Shown here: positions 26,536 to 27,766 of the stretch, in pieces | How positions within the stretch are numbered: position 1 is the stretch's first letter | Layout of the letters: each line of letters opens with the position of its first letter | Assembly (NCBI GenBank): GCA_016206275.1 | Contig: JACQRY010000255.1 | Location: 1 to 27,766 of the forward strand | Source of the DNA: Nitrososphaerota archaeon | GTDB taxonomy: Archaea; Thermoproteota; Nitrososphaeria; Nitrososphaerales; JACQRY01 | Direction: 5' to 3' | Length of the DNA stretch: 27,766 nucleotides | The notes under the pieces: generated by a model | Told to the model about the DNA's origin: nothing | What the model saw: only the letters and a program-made list of their open reading frames with translations | The model's database searches: none | Position numbers and translations under genes: made by a program

Positions 26536-27528
26536 TTAGGAGAGGGCGTTGCTTATGCTGCGTACTGCTCTTTCGGCCGCGGTATAGGCTGCTTCTCCGT
26601 CTAGTGGCTGTGGTCTCAGTATGGGGAGTTTGATTCCTGCGTCTATGTATTGTCTTAGTCTTTTTGCTACGGTTTCGGGGGATCCGACTAGGGCTATGGC
26701 TTCGATGAGTTTGTCTGATGGTGCTGCGTGTTTGACTTTGGCTTCTTCCATGGCTTTTGCTTCTTTGGCGAAGCCGTAGTCTTTGAGGAGGTCGATGGTT
26801 TCAGGGTTGTCGAAGTATCCTGCGAGGCGTTTTCTGGCTGTTTTAAGAGCTTTGTCGTGGTCTTCGGATAAGCACAGGATCGGGTGGTACGATATGTCTA
26901 CTTCGCTTAGTCTGCGTCTTTTCTTGGCCACCCCTTTCTTAATGTTGGGTAGGGCGAATTCTTTGATCCATCTGGGTGTAGCTATGCTGATGTTGGCTCC
27001 TTCCACTAGTTCGCCGGCTATTTCCAGCATTTCTCCCATTCTGGCGTTGATGTAGATAGGTATGGGTTTGGCTGGATGAAGGGGCATCTTTGCTTCCGGG
27101 ATCTGTATGTAGTGGCTTTTCCATGTGACTTTTTCTCCTGCCAAGAGTTTGGTTAGGATTATTAGGAATTCTCTCATTCTTGCACAGGCTTCGTCCCAAT
27201 GCTCAAAGACGATGCCGTGCATCTTTGTGTTGGAGGCGGTGTGGGCGTCGCTGAGGCCTAGGATGAATCTGCCCTTGGTGAGTTCTTGTAGGGTTGCGGC
27301 GGTCATGGCTATGAGCAGAGGTGTGCGTGTGTATGTGTTGATGATTCCTGTTGCCAGCCTTAGTTTGCTGGTGGATGCCGCGAGTGCTCCGAGGATGGAG
27401 ACTGCGTCTCTTCCTATGTCTTCGTTGATCCACAAGCTGTGTAGACCTGTCTTTTCGCATTGTTTGGCTACTCGGAGGAGTTCTGTGGAGGATAATTCTG
27501 TGGCTGACACTTCTAGGCCCAAGCGCAT
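26536..27528 (-). CDS. LLM-class oxidoreductase, Mer-like, likely F420-dependent
   Basis: MRLGLEV, GLHSLWINEDIGRDA, LATGIINTYTRTPLLIAMTAATLQELTKGRFILGL, IALVGSPETVAKRL. Confidence 0.92.
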   Translation of the reverse strand: MRLGLEVSATELSSTELLRVAKQCEKTGLHSLWINEDIGRDAVSILGALAASTSKLRLATGIINTYTRTPLLIAMTAATLQELTKGRFILGLSDAHTASNTKMHGIVFEHWDEACARMREFLIILTKLLAGEKVTWKSHYIQIPEAKMPLHPAKPIPIYINARMGEMLEIAGELVEGANISIATPRWIKEFALPNIKKGVAKKRRRLSEVDISYHPILCLSEDHDKALKTARKRLAGYFDNPETIDLLKDYGFAKEAKAMEEAKVKHAAPSDKLIEAIALVGSPETVAKRLRQYIDAGIKLPILRPQPLDGEAAYTAAERAVRSISNALS

Positions 27529-27717
27529 TGCGTCTATAGTGCTGTCGGGTTGTTTTGTTAAGTCTTTTGTTTTCTTGTATTAGAAACTGTGTTAACGTCC
27601 ATCGTCTTGTGGTCTGAGTCGTTATTTTAATCTCTTCGACGGGTTTTGACTAATTTTTGTTCACGTATGGCTTATTTAGTTGGACGCTACTCCGTGAACC
27701 AAGGATGGTTGGCAGAG

Positions 27718-27766
27718 TTGAGTGGATCTACTCAAGAGTTTAGGGTTGAAAGAGACACTATGGGTG
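27718..27766 (+). CDS. 5' end of a class II fumarate hydratase / aspartate ammonia-lyase family gene (runs off window)
   Basis: TTG-started frame (M)SGSTQEFRVERDTMG matches the R.E.DTMG N-terminal signature; only 16 codons are visible, so fumC versus aspA is unresolved. Confidence 0.65.
   Translation, partial: MSGSTQEFRVERDTMG

Noticed and set aside
24211-27528. Methanogenesis mer genes
   Set aside because: Mer-like fold only; the paralogs are divergent and have no H4MPT pathway context.

Overview
Archaeal chromosomal window. My inference is a Nitrososphaerota/Thaumarchaeota-like, probably heterotrophic lineage, based on the SRP54 sequence style, the srp54-pus10 overlap, grpE-dnaK-dnaJ and TATA/BRE-like promoters. 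It begins with the 3' end of a tRNA (probably Gln) and an AbrB-type gene. Housekeeping content: srp54, a divergent pus10, grpE-dnaK-dnaJ, nnrE, class II HMG-CoA reductase, tRNA-Val(GAC) and the first codons of a fumC/aspA-family gene. Accessory redox/catabolic content: four luciferase-like (LLM/Mer-like) oxidoreductases, acyl-CoA dehydrogenase, thiolase plus DUF35, an SDR, an orphan molybdopterin hydroxylase large subunit and an ABC transporter with no adjacent ATPase. I found no integrase, transposase, cas gene or CRISPR array. The most unusual signals are non-coding. The + strand is A/C-rich on the left and G/T-rich on the right regardless of gene orientation. Two low-complexity intergenic tracts 22 kb apart share a 42-bp element (35/42 identical, ungapped) in opposite orientation. 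A short GGTGTGRAA motif recurs in long intergenic regions. All motif comparisons were done by eye, with no database searches.
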